DNA of 60,928 bases, filler included, from Sphacelaria rigidula (taxonomy: Eukaryota): assembly GCA_964200075.2 (NCBI GenBank). It is 9 parts of 9 records of this genome, joined end to end, with 100 filler letters (N's around TTAATTAATTAA, not from the genome) between each part and the next. Parts side by side here need not be neighbours in the genome. Positions count along the whole stretch, not along the records: positions 20,346 to 27,026 come from CAXNAA020018663.1; positions 27,127 to 33,807 come from CAXNAA020018664.1; positions 33,908 to 40,588 come from CAXNAA020018665.1; 6 more parts are not named here. One strand, given 5' to 3'. The position numbers and the translations under genes are program-made. A model generated the notes under the pieces. It worked only from the letters and a program-made list of their open reading frames with translations. It was not told the DNA's origin and made no database searches. Within the stretch, counting starts at the first letter, position 1. Each line of letters opens with the position of its first letter. Below are positions 26,346 to 39,900 of the stretch, one piece after another.

Positions 26346-26766
26346 CAGGGGTCTACACGTCACACGTGACACTTTAACGTGACACAAACGTAACTTCGGG
26401 TCATTTAACGCTACGTAAGTTTTGATTTTTTGGATGGGATAAATGTAACGTGACGTGATGTAACGTGTGGTCCTTCGAACGAACCCTAACGTATCGTTTT
26501 ACTTTCCAAATGTGACGATAACTGTGCTTGTTTTCGTGAATTTGTAACGTGTCACGTGTCACGTTAAAAAATTACAAAAAAAAGCCTTTTTTTTGTTCAC
26601 ATCTGGAAAATCCCAAGAGACACTGCTTCAAGGTCCACACGTGACGTCACGTCGCGTTACATTTGTCCCGTCCAAATAATTGAACCTTACGCAGCGTTAA
26701 ATGGCCCAAAGTCAAGTTTCCCCCATTTTTTTCAAATGTGTCACGTGTGTAACGTGTATATCCCTG
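26346..26766. mobile_element. hAT-type MITE, family D (421 bp), 8-bp TSD CAAATTAC
   Basis: caaattac|CAGGGGTCTACACGTCACAC ... GTGTAACGTGTATATCCCTG|caaattac; many internal CACGT/TAACGT motifs. Confidence 0.9.
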
Positions 26767-28892
26767 CAAATTACCCAAGTTTTTGGGTAGACTGCTTGAA
26801 GCCGTACCCAATATACCTAGAACTTGGGGTGGAGTTAAAATACCCGGGTATTTTATCTGGGTATTGAAAAGTACCGTCATTGTACGGGTCATCTCACACC
26901 CCCTGGACCGAAATTCAAAGCTCGATCACTCCATGACGACGAGGGTGCCAATATCAAACGACGCGTTTTCGGACAGCTATCGACGAGATCTTTCCAGCGT
27001 CACCCTTTTCAGAGCTGAGACTCTTCNNNNNNNNNNNNNNNNNNNNNNNNNNNNNNNNNNNNNNNNNNNNTTAATTAATTAANNNNNNNNNNNNNNNNNN
27101 NNNNNNNNNNNNNNNNNNNNNNNNNNCCTTTACTTCATCTCTAGTAAACCCTCTCTGCAGTTCTGTCGGGCTACTACCCTCCCGTTTCGACGTCTCTACT
27201 CTACGCGTTTTCTAGAGTCTAGAGGTGAGGGGGAAGGGGGGCACTAGAAAGGCGTGAGGATACGGGGAAGCAGATGAATTGGAATACAGCACGGAGATGG
27301 AGTCGACGCGTATGGCCAGAGGATAAATGCAGGGGCCGGAGATAGAATTCGGAGAATTGTATGCTAAGAAGTGGCCATTTCAAGTTTTTTTTTTTGTTAA
27401 CATCTCCAGCTTGTCAGTAGGATCATGCTTCGCGTCATTTTGATCCTGAAAAAGGCGACCCGTCGGTTTTGAACGAGGACGCATATATGCGACTACTGCC
27501 TGGCTGCGGTGATTTAGTTGGTAAGATATGTGAGACATGCAATGATTGATGGTTGGCGCTGTCAAAAACGCTTGGATATTCAGGCTTGTGGTTTTGATTT
27601 CACGTAAGGGTTTCGATCCGACCCTTTTTGGATTGTTTCGTACGGCACCACCGTGTGGATCTTTCTCCACATGTGCTACTGCAGTTCAGTTCGAATTTGA
27701 TCGTGTTCAACTCGGTTTCTAATATCACCATTATAATGATAATGGCCAGCTGTAACTGTTACCATTTCCGAGGTCTAATGTTGCCGCTATGTGCCGCGTT
27801 GGTTTCGAGGCGCGGTCTTGAGGTGCCAAAGACGTTTGTGCACTGGAAGGCGACATGTACAGTCGTGTATGTACGCGACGAAAAAACGAGCAGGGGGACA
27901 ACGGGAGTGGGCGGGAGGTAGGAATATCCCGCTGACGCGGGTCACTTTCAAGGAACGAACGCAGTCGGTTTTCTTTGCTGGGGATCTGTGCCACTTAGTT
28001 GCAACCCATCTCGCACTCTTATTAATATTTGAAGGCGCAAACAGCAAGCATGTTGCGCGCCATTTGCGTGAAAGTCTTCTTGCGCTGGCCGTCGTGAAGG
28101 CTGCGGTTGCTGGTCGAAACGTTTCTGACCCGCGGTCACTTTCGAACGTAGTAATCGCACTCGACAATAGTATTGGTGTAAAGTGCTGCATAATTGTGTT
28201 TGTCGTAGTGAGACGCTCATTGGCAAGCAGAAAGACTACTCGGCAAGCAATATCCAAAAACTGTTGTGTACTGTCCATTCAGCTAAGCTGTTGTTGCTTC
28301 ACCTTGCTCCAGTGTCCATACAATTATCAAATGTTAATCAAACTGTATACTAAATTCAAAGTAGCCGATAACTACATGAAGATCAAGTGGATTAAAACAA
28401 ACCTGAAGTCAAGTAGTAGTCTAGTGCCAGACTAAATTCAAGTATTCAGTAAGTATTTAGTACAGACCTGCCGCCCGGCGCCCAACCCCCCCGAACCCTA
28501 TTTTTCTCGTTTTTTCCAACGTTTGGGGGTTATATTCCTCAAGAACAAATCATGTACCCTCGGTTTCACCGTGATTATTTCATCTTGAGTATTTGACTTG
28601 AGAGTGAGTAAGGAGCTACAAGGTTTTGTCCGCGTGATGAGCAATTTTAAAGACGAAGCTCCAGCCAGGGGGGCCATTCGAATATGCCCGGACTATACCC
28701 TTGTGCATGTGTACTAGTGTTGGATCGTGTGCGAGCATGGTCAGGTTGAATGTAGAATGGATTGGCGGGGCGATCTGAGAATGGACCAAGCACGTTGGTG
28801 AGTTAATGACGGGTGTGCCGCATATTCATCACTCCGATGCCACGCCCTCACCGTCTCACTTGGCTTGGCTTGGCTTGTCGTCTTGCATTTAG

Positions 28893-31800
28893 ATGCTCGG
28901 CAGTAGCGTGCGGTCTATGGTCTATATTTATGTGGTAAGTCAAGTCAAGAGTGATCGAAAAATACAAGAAGATATTTTTCTTTCCCCTCTGTCGGGTCTC
29001 CACAGTGCAAAGAGCTGTCATCTACGCGCATGTATCACATGGGTACACTGGAATATGGGCAGGGGGAGGGGGGTATATGTTTCCGTGCGGTGCATCAGTT
29101 GGCCGTTAGTGGTACGCAGTATTGTTCTTGAGCATGTCAATCGCGACCGAGAGAGGGAGCTTCTGCACACCGCACCACAGGCAAGGCAGGCGCAGCGTTC
29201 CGCCCCGTGGACCGCGGACCTTTCGCACAGAGCGTACTACAACACCCGTCTCGTTTGACATGGAATCAATTGGTTGATTGATAGATCGATTGTCGTAAGT
29301 TGACTTATCCCCGACAAATTCAGCCGTGGTGGCAAGGTAGACGAGACGATGATACTCGCGAGAGGAATCTCGTACGTGATGAAATTGATGCAAAAAGCAA
29401 GTATTGTAGCCCATATTGCGTCGTGTGTGGTGAAGGGCCATAACTCGACCTCCATGTAATGACTTCAATCACTAAGAATAAAACCGACCAAAGATATACT
29501 CGAACGCAGGGGCCTTTAAGCTTACGACGCTGGAAGCAGGACAGGCGAGGAGCGCGATCACTTGCTTCGTTCTGTAAAGTGTTTGTCGTGTATCATTGCG
29601 AGTGTGTTTGTTTTTGCCGGGGTGTTTTAAGAGCTATTGCGTTTCTGTCGGGGCTCGGACTGCGTGTGATTTCGGTCGATTTTCCATGGTTAAATTGCCG
29701 CGGAGGGATAAAACTGCTGACACTTTACGCTTTGTGGCTGATACATCGGTTTTCACAACCAGAATTTGGATTTGCTTTTTCGGGGGAAGGGGAGAGGAGG
29801 TTAGCCATTTCAATTTTCATGGCCGTTCATTTTGCACTCCCTCTCCTTCCTCTTGTGCTGCTAGTACTAATACTAAATAATACCAATACCAATTATGACG
29901 TTTTCCTCCTGTAGCACGTGTTTTTTTTTTCAATCAACATTTTTCAAGATTTGTACTTTTTTACAAGCGATTCATTTTTTTTTTTTCCTTGTACAGTACT
30001 TCCACTACGGGTACACGCTCCACTACCGGCGCATTACTCTCATCTTGGATCAGCGCGATCGCAGTGACAACAAAGGCCACGTGTTCGACCTCCCCCACCC
30101 CCGCTCCATTTCGTCGCACGTTGACATCACGACCCGCTCGCCTGGGATGCAGGGATCCTACCACAACAGCGGGGGCTCTGTTGGAAACATGCTTGAGCGC
30201 GCTGAACCTCTTGCTACACCTAGCCGAGAGGAGGCCCGGGCTCATGTCACCATATTCTAGCGCCATCAGTGACTTGGTGCTGGGTAGCGCAGGTAAGAGC
30301 GCGCGATTGCACTGCCGGAAGGCGCAATGGAGTTTTAACCCTTTGGAAAATAGACCCCCAGGGAGTGCTGATTTTTGTTTTGGTGAATCGGCATCATTTT
30401 CAGNNNNNNNNNNTTCAAGTCAAAATGATGCCGATTCACAAAGATTCACAAAACAAAAATCAGCACTTCAGTTCCCAGAGGGTTTATCTCGTCGGGTTTT
30501 CTCAGCAGAGCTACTACTTTTGTTGTAAAAATGATTGATATGACGTGATTTTAGAGTGAACAACGATATTCGAATCTTGAGATGGGCTCACAGTCCGCGA
30601 GTGCTCCTAGCTTGCCCAGAACGTTACTTTTGTCCAACATGGCGCGGTACGCGCCAATTCGAGGCCTGCCAACGCACACTTTGCTTCGAGCAACCTTTTC
30701 ACCTCCCTGTGCCTGAGGGTCCTCGGTATGCCTTGGTTGGGGTTAGCATTAGCGTTCCGTGCAAGGTTGTAAATTTCCAAGAACCTTATGTCAACCACCT
30801 AGGACAAATCCGTAAGCATGACGCTGTTATCCAAGTCTTTCCTCGGAACTGATTCTTAGAAATGGGTGATACGGTGTGACAACTTGACTTTCGCGGTTTC
30901 CCCGCTGTACACGGTATTTGGTACCTGTGCAGTGCAGTACGTATGGTGCGGTATTGTGTTATAGTGGATCCTGCGGTACCTTGACAGTGCGGTGCCTACG
31001 CGGTACAATAAACATATCGCGGGATCTGCGGAAATCTGAACCCACGGTAGATACCCTGTCACGGAAAATCGCTGTAGGGGTGGTTGGCATGCTGCACCGT
31101 GCATTTGTTCTTGTGCGCGTTTTGCATTTTTAATCAATGGATGTATTGCGACCCCGGTAATAATGGTGTAGACACGAACAGGAACTGTGCAAAAGAAAAA
31201 TCGAGCGCGGGACGGCAATCAATCAAGCATTCATTTCGTTGTGATCCGAAGATAAAATCGCAATTACAGATTACAAATTACAATCGGTGATATGAGCTAC
31301 AAGAGAAGACAGCAGAACGCGCAAGTCAATTCACACCGGCGATTGCAGCAAAGCAACAACACGGGGGAATACTATACGTGGGGAATGCGACACTATCGGA
31401 ATGAGAACCGCGGCAACCGACAGAAAATGCGGATATATAAAACATGTACGAATACATACAAGTACTGAATACCCAACACCCCCATCGAACGAAACAACAA
31501 TTGGCGAACACGATCTGCACAGCATCAAGGTCACCGATCTCACGACGCTAAATTAGTAAAACGATATGACGGAGTCTGCCCTCATCATCGCACCAAACAT
31601 CAAGTATCACCCCCTAGACCCTTATGTTGTATGCTCGCCAAGGCGTCGGCCGGCTTCCTAAAATCTTTTGGTCTTTTTTCTCCGTGGGTACCTGGGGATG
31701 TTGTTTTGACTCTCGCTCGTTATCCATCTAGCTCCATTATTGACAGATCTGATTGCTTTTGTTACCACACCCCGACCAACTCTGTGATAGTGGAGGCCTT

Positions 31801-31934
31801 TTCTCTCCCGTTTTCTCGGCGTCTCTTTTACTAGTTTATTTTTTCATTTGTTTGTTTCGTTTTTTTTGTTTGTTACTGAAAAGACGAGCCTATGTATGTA
31901 GCCACGGGTTCGAGAGATCGGGCTAACTCGCGGA

Positions 31935-31999
<65 letters not shown>

Positions 32000-33595
32000 T
32001 AATAATATCAATACTAATGCGGTCATTACTGTCACCAGGCTGAACCCAAAAGCCGCAGAAAAAAAAAAAACTAGCCTCATCATGAGCGGGCACGGACCAT
32101 AAACGATGTACTGGGACTTTCACAGTTGGAGGCAAAACTCTGGGAAAAAAATGTTCGCGGGGGATTCGAAACCCTGTCTGTGACACCGTAAGAAACACCA
32201 TGCGTACCTTCACAACAACGTGAAGGGGGTCCCACGCGAGATTTATATTTGGAGTACGATATTCGTAGTTCGCGGTGCGTACGGGACGGGACGAGTGATC
32301 TACGCTACGTACGGTACGGTTCCAGCGAATCGCGGTACAGCCTTCCACGGGAATGGAACATGATTTTACGATACCGTGGTGCAGTACGATGCAGGGTATT
32401 GCAAAAAATGTGCGGAACCGCGTTTAAGTTCCACATGCGGCGATAAACCGCGGAAATCACCGCGGGAAGAGTTTCGAGGAAAGCCCTGGGTTTATCTTCC
32501 TCCTTGTATCCCAACCGTATGGGCGGAAGCGGAAGCCCCACATGTACGGGGGCGGCTATCGCTCACGGTACCACCCATGCGTGTGCGCGAAACGACACGA
32601 GGGATGTTGAGCAGGTGTCATGTAGATGTCATCACCTTCGACCAACGACGAGTTCCTCGGCTGATTTCAGGGAGGGAGACCTCGTAACTACTCTCGTAGT
32701 TGAGACAACTTTGACGCCCATTCCTTTCGGACGTTTATAACCTCTCCCCCTCACCGCATTGACCGCGTGCCAGGACGCCCGTTGCACCCGTCTCTGTTGG
32801 ACAAAGCCGCTCGGTGTCTCGCAGCGATGACAAGGCACTCGTCGGGTATGGTGAACACGCTCATGAACCACGTCCAGAAACAGGTTTTCTTTTTGGGCGG
32901 AGGCGTTGGCGGCGGGCATTTCGGAGGTGGGGGCGGGTGGGGCGGCGGTGGCAGTCGGTACGGTGAGCTTTTTCAAAGTGTTGGAAATATGCGGCACTCA
33001 TACTGTCGTCAGACGGCAGCTGCATGGCGTCCATTACATCGAAAAATTCAAGGGTCGGACAAATATTAATTCTTCTGGAAATTACTTGATTTTTTAGTCG
33101 TGATGATTCGTCCTAACCGTGGAAAAATATCACATCAAAGTGCTTGGCGGGTGCACCTCCCAGCTGCGCGATCATAGACATGAACATTGCCGCGGAGCAT
33201 AACCTGAACAGTTTGATGAAATGGTACACGACGGCTTTGGAGGTAGTTTCATATACCCGGCGGGACATGACGGTGCATTCAATCCTCGGCAGGTACGCAG
33301 GAGACGGCTTCGAACATCGCTTGGTCGAGACATTTTCCCCAGATTCATGCACGGCAGCAGCACTCTTGCGTCAACTGTCGCTTTTCTTTCACGAGCGTCG
33401 ACACAACACCAAATATAACGATTGCCCAGTAAAGTCCTCAACGCCCGCGTGTGCACAGGTAGGTTCGTGGCTAAAGAAGGACCTCGAGCAGGAGACGTGA
33501 GCGTTCGGCGCAAAGGCGCTATCATACTGGCTACCCACCTGGTGGCAGCAGGGGTGTTGGAAGAGCGCGACACGGAAGCCCTCCTAGGCTGGGCG
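28893..33595 (+). CDS. Internal exons of a FANCI/FANCD2-like alpha-solenoid protein; exons 28893-28934 (tentative), 29997-30292, 32774-32962, 33459-33595
   Basis: GT-AG junctions with matching phases give ...TCLSALNLLLHLAERRPGLMSPYSSAISDLVLGSAGRPLHPSLLDKAARCLAAMTRHSSGMVNTLMNHVQKQVF(Gly-rich)...DVSVRRKGAIILATHLV. The spacing resembles the recalled FANCI/FANCD2 segment (LxLLxxL...P...SS...LILVLRKAMF...RKSAV). Coding status is well supported; the family call is tentative. Confidence 0.55.
31936..32008. repeat. (AAT)n microsatellite
   Basis: Read directly; produces the poly-L/poly-I ORFs. Confidence 0.97.
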
Positions 33596-33997
33596 GTAAG
33601 AAAAGAAAAGACAAAACGATGAACAGGCTGTGAACTGTTGTTTTTTGTTTTGCCTCTGTCATGATCTATGAGGAGGCGAGGGGGGGTTCTTGGAAGGGGC
33701 CCTACAGACTGGAAAACGGTGTTCACCCCCCCAATTTCCCGGAAACCTCATTTTGGGCGACCGGGGGGGGGGGGGGGGTGTCCCATTTTGGGGGGTGGGT
33801 ACCCCCCNNNNNNNNNNNNNNNNNNNNNNNNNNNNNNNNNNNNNNNNNNNNTTAATTAATTAANNNNNNNNNNNNNNNNNNNNNNNNNNNNNNNNNNNNN
33901 NNNNNNNCCCCGCCCCTTGCCCACCCCTTGCCCACCCCTCTCTTGTACTTCCCCCATACCCCCCACGCGCCATTTTCCGCCCGTGTTACCGTGATAG

Positions 33998-36900
33998 TTG
34001 TACTGTACGTGCGAGGACATCACCAAGACTGTGACGCCGGACCTGAAGCTTCCTGGGGCGGGGCAATTGCTGTACGTCGATCTCGGTGGAGGAAAGGCTC
34101 GCGTCGGCGGTACCTGTTTGGCTCAAGTCTACAGTCAGGTAAGAGAAGGGGGAGAAAAAGAAGGGGGCGTAGCGTTTTTTTTCTTCGAATCATTTCTGTG
34201 GCGTTTTCTGCTTCTTGCTTCTAGTTATACTCCTTTTTCGTCCGACCGCTTGTCTGTTCATTCATTGATTTGTTCATTCAGTCACACACGGGTTTAACGG
34301 GCTATTTTAGTGGCTTTTTGTTGTTGTTGTTGTTGTTGCAAAACGCCTTTTGCTCTCTTTTTTTTTTTCCCCTGTGTGTCTGTGTGTGTTTTGTTTTGTT
34401 TTTCATCGGCTTGTTTTTCGGCCTTAAAACATAGTCAGATCCACAGCGACGAGTTTCATTATATTTGCCGTCTGAGCATGAAATCATACGTACCTTGGTT
34501 TGGTCACTCAAGTCCTCAGTCAGAAAAACATGATATACATTTTTTTGTCAAAGTTCTGGCTGAGCCTTGAGTCTTGCTCCAACACATGTCTTTGGTCGGC
34601 GCTCAGCTCCCCTGTTTGAGTAGATGGTGTCATCATTGGTAGTCATTATTCAAAAATCGGACTTTCGGTCCCCAAGCATATGAGTGCCTGCCTTCCGTCG
34701 TGGACATCGTGTACATCTTCCGTGTCTCTATCTGTACTTGTTTCCCTTTCGTAGATAATTGATTATTCTTTTGTTTCGTTTTTTCCTCTTGCCTTTTTTT
34801 GTTTTGTTGAGGTTGCTCCTCATGACAGACAAGAATGAAATTAAAATAAAACTGGACAAGTGCCTTTCTGGAGGTTCCACGTCGTTTTACGCCCTGAAAG
34901 AGATTCTAAGCGGATTTTGACACCTTGCAATGCCTTGCTGCTCTCGTTGAGACGGTTCCAGTACGTCTGTACGTTCCCCCGGTAGTCGCAGTTTCGTTTC
35001 TTGCGCAAAGTTGATTTTTTCGTGGAGACCGCTCGTTTTTCCGGTCAAGTCCAGATAAATCTCAGGATTTTTTCTGGAGTTGACCGGTCTCCGAGAAAAA
35101 TGCAAGTTTAGGCAAGAAAATGATTGCGGCCACCGGAAAAACGCACTGGCGTGCTGGAACCGTGTCAATGAGTACAGCAAGGTATTCCAAGGGGGCAAAA
35201 TCCGCCTAGCTCTCTTTGAGGGCATAAAACGACATGGAACGTCCAGAAGACACCTGTCCACATTTTTATATATTTGCCTGCCTTTCGCCGGACCAGACTC
35301 GCACTCAAACCACCAAGCGCGAAGCGCCGTGGTGTGTTCGGCGAGTTGCATGAAGGGTGAGCTACATCCTGCTAAGATTGCCCGGCCCGAAGCGTACTGA
35401 TTATCTTGCATTGGGATGATAGCCTTGAATGAGTTACTTCATCTTCTGGTATCGCCACTTCCACAGACAGCGACGGCTTATACACTGCCTCATGGGTGTC
35501 TCACCTTATTCGCTTGTTTTTTTTTACTGGGATCGATAGATGGGACAGACCCCTCCGGATGTGGAGGACTTCAAGCCGCTCGTCGCTGCATTCAAGGTCA
35601 CCCAAAGTCTTCTCGGCAGGTAACGGTCACTTTACCATGCTAATATCACAAACGTGCGGCTCATTTTTAATTGACACGCCTTATCTTTACGACATTCTAC
35701 GTAGCAGTCATTTTTTCCAGGGCTATACACGTTACACGTTCACGTTATGTTCACCACGTAAAAAAAACTAACGTTCACGTTGCGTTTCGGCCAAAACGTA
35801 AAGTGAACGTAAGGTGTAACGCTATGGCACGTGTAACGTGTTTAGCCCTGATTTTTTCCTTTCCTGATTGTGTGTTGCGAACGTTTGTTTGCTACGGGTT
35901 CCTTTTTGTACGTACGTTTCTTTCATCTTCACTTTTGATTTTTCATCCACGAATGGTTCTGCAGCACTAAAGATCCCAAAAATCACGCAGTCATAAAAGA
36001 GCTGAATATATGAGATGAAAGTTAGTATTATTCAGTTCGAGACTCTTGAGTGCAGAGAAATGATTTGCTGGGTGACGGAGTTGATCGTTTGATTGTTATA
36101 CTGTTATGGGTGGGAATTGGGCCCGACTTGGGGTACTATATTTCGGGGAAATTGATCACGAACGCTATATGCGTAAGAACTGGACCGTAATCAGGCTAGT
36201 CATATCAGTCAAAAATACATGCGCCACCTAAAAACAACGACCTGGCTCGTGTGAAATCTCCTAAAAACATGGTACATATCTTCAAGCCTGTGAGTGCTCG
36301 GTGTTGAGATGATATTGTTCCTCCGGATAACTCGCTCCAGATCAGTGGGTGGAAACTCTTGGTGCACTAGTGTTCAGCTGCTGTACTACTCGGGAAGCGC
36401 ACGCCCCCGAGCTACGACCTCACGTTTACCACCATTGCGGAGATAACAAGACAAGAACACGAACAGCAGCAGTTGTGGCCGCTACACTCCAACGCATCTG
36501 CAGTGAAAGGCGTGGTGACATCGTGCTAGAACGAGAAAGTACGGAAATTTGGATACCATGAACAGTAGCGTCGCGCATCCCTCGGGTTCTGTCTCGAAAA
36601 CGTCTGTCACAAGACGGCCGTGTTTCATCGGTGAACTCATCCTCTACAAGCCAAGGAGTGGAAGGGCATTCGCTCATGATACGTGAGGTTGTCCTTTGTA
36701 CACATCCCCATAAAACACAGCAGCACATGGCGGACCGCCACCAAAGCAAATGTCGTGACATTGGTGCCAAAAAATATCATTCGGTCGAAGATGAAAGTTG
36801 GTGTTAATCGCATGGTTTACATATTATTTTCCGTACTCGTATGTACAGTCAGTCAGTTGAAACATCGTGGCTCTGCTGACCTGTTGATACATAGTGTGTA

Positions 36901-39900
36901 GTCTAGAATAAAAATCGCCCTTGGCGCCCTGGTTTCTCCGCTGGAACCCTCAGATCCAACAGCCGAAATTCATGTATTACGTCGCCCTCTGCAACTCAAT
37001 ACATGAAGGGTACTCGCTGTTGAAAGGCTACTTTGCCCATTGTGCACAGCCGTACAGAACGAAGCGGCACCTGGTGGCACGCCACAAAGTGAAACACCGT
37101 CACACACTGCTCGCTGCGAGTAAAAATATGTAGCCCAAAACGAAGCTTGTCGACCGTCGCATAGTTTGCATCTCACTCTTATATCAGTATATATAAACAG
37201 ACAAGTGCGAAGTACATGATCACAAGGGTCGCCAGCAGATGTAACGCAGTGCAAGTACTACAATCGCTCTAGACGCCTCGGCTTCTGCACTGGAGCTCTG
37301 ACACGAAGCAGCCGCTAGCTTTGTCTTTCTTCTGTGAACTTCCCCTGTGAAATTCGACACTTGAAGGGATACTCGCTGTTGAAAGGCGAAATTGTCTTTA
37401 GTGCACAGCCGCACAGAACTCAGCAGTAGCGCCTGCCGATACGCAACCAAACTGCATGTCGTGACAACTTGCGGCGAGGAAAAACAACATGCGCACCGAT
37501 TTTTTTGAATTTGCGATGTTGGACCTCTAATAGCGCTAGATACTAATCCTCAACTCAGAAGTGCCGATCGCGCAATGCGTAGAACTCGGCGACGAAGCAG
37601 AGGATTGGACTGCAGTTTTTTGCGTGCGCTTCCCACACACCCAAGCTAGGTCAATATACTTCACTTTTTCGTTTGAGCCTGATACTGAGCCGCAACAAAT
37701 CCAAACGTACAAAAAGAAGGTGTTTTGCGCTCTGGGAGGGGGGTTTCTCGCTACTGGCGCGACGCCAGGAAAATGTGTAATAGGATCCCCTAGATCTTGT
37801 GTGTATGCGAGCGTGTGTGAAGTGCCGTGGGCTGGCTTGCTTCCTGTGTCGAGAACCGCGCGATCTCCCGTGCTAGAGCTGTCCCATCGTAAACCAAGTT
37901 TATAAGTGATAAAGCGTGCGTTCTGCTCGAGAGGGCCTCGGCACAGGTGCGACCACCGACTGACGTGTTCATTATTCCTTCGCACTTCCGTTTTTTTTTA
38001 GTTTGCCGCTGATTTTTGGTCGTTAGGCCCTCCATTCCCACCCATAAGTGTATCAGTTGGTCGATTTATTGTCGCACACAAACGGATCCCCTACGAGTCA
38101 TGATCCAGCCGTGGTCACAACATGGACGTACTCCAAGGGCCGACGCTCCCAAGAGCATGGCGGCGTGTGCACTGCGCCACGTTTTTAAGGTTTTTTCGTG
38201 GATCGGACCTCCACACTGCCTTGAGCAACGCTCGCGAACGCTCGCGGCGCCTACCCCACATGACTGCCGTGAGGCGGTTTAGCTGAGCCTCCGCGTACTC
38301 GGCACACGATCCCGCTTGCGGGGTAAGCGTTGGGTCAGGTTTCCTCCTTCCTTCAAGAGGAGAAAAAATACATGGACGCACTCGAAGGTGCACAAAACCG
38401 AAACCCTCATTATGCCAGCGATATATCTGTATATATATATATCATATATATATCATATATATATATAGGAGTATATTCCGAGGTAAATCTGGTCTCGGAT
38501 TCTGCGTTGACGCGTTAACGATATGTGGACCCGGTGGTTTATGTTGTATCGGGCACCTGAACAAGTTCACGTTCCCTCATTTTTTTCGTTTTTGGGTATT
38601 CTTTTTTAAACCCCCTTCCCTCCCTCGAGATGATATCTAAAAAGTCTCGGAGGATCAACCATAGATCCAAAGCCTCAAGACTCTCGTCCGTCTTCTGCGT
38701 AGGATATTGCGGATCGGAGTACCGTACAAACAGGCGGTACGAACTGGTCGTTGTGTGTACGCCAGGATTATTTCATTGTTCTGTTTTTTCGATTGACGTG
38801 AAGCCGAGCCACTCCGGACTAGGTCCCGTCTTGGTATATGTAAGAGTGCACACGAAGGAGCGTGCGTACATTAACCCTTAGACAGCGACCACTCCCGCCG
38901 GTGGACTGAACTGGACTATGCCACATTTGGGGTTTAGAACAGCAGTTTTCTCGCTACAAAAAACGCCTGTTTTCATCACCATGTGGATGCTGGGCATGTA
39001 TATAGAAAGCAGTTCCGGAGAACCCCTGACCGGTTTTGACTGTACAGTCTGTATGGAGTGCAGAGGTAGTACGTGTGCGGTAAGTGTCCGCTGGACAAGA
39101 AACAGTCAGCGCGCCATCGCTCTCCACTGGACACAATTTACGGCATGCTGCTAATGCCTCTACTTGGTGTGCTTAGTGTTCCGCAACAACACTACAGACA
39201 TTGAAGCTATACTGGCAACACATGAGGCGTCAGACAGGCGGCATAAATCGCGAGGGAAACACCAAAATACATTATTTGTGCCCATGTCAGCTATGGGGTT
39301 AATTGCCACGCCGAAAATGAGAAATACCGCTCGACAGCGAAGCAATCCACCTGCAGGGAAACTACGTGCTCATCTTGACGGCCGTGATTGATCAGAATTG
39401 TCGTTCCACGCCTCACGGCCCCCTCATTCCTGGCTTGAACTCTTCCGCGGGAAACTTCCAAGCACATCTAGCTGACATGGTGAGCTTCCCCGACTGCTCT
39501 GCGGACAGACATCCCCCGCCCAGTGGAACTCCCCGGATGTCTCGAACTGTCAGCCTGTGAAACTGTTCCGAGGCGACGCTCGCTGTCGAAGGGTTGACAT
39601 GAAGGGCACCCCACCACAGCATTCGCACTGCCCTGAGGAGACTTCCACGGTAAATAATTGAAACGAATCTGGGTGTGTGTATCACCCGAACATCATGGCC
39701 GTCGCCACCAACCCCTCCCCTCCCCCCTCCCTTCCCCCACCCCCCTCCCCTCCTCGCTCGCGTGCTCTTTTGCCGTCCGTTATTTTTGCGATGGCTATAT
39801 AACTGAACAAAACTATAAACAAATGGAAAAAATACTATGCGATACGGTTCAGTGGATCGATTTCCGCCGGGCATGACCGCAGCGACGGCGGCATTGTTAC

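Noticed and set aside
27791..28435. 214-aa ORF, possibly containing an upstream exon of the FANC-like gene
   Set aside because: Helical-looking core, but splice boundaries and phase could not be fixed.
32140..32200. Reverse-strand B-box-like GGTTTCGAATCCC
   Set aside because: No complete tRNA fold seen; probably a SINE remnant, boundaries unsupported.
38245..38340. Hammerhead or HDV ribozyme in the SINE body
   Set aside because: No CUGANGA/GAAA core and no evident nested pseudoknot by eye.
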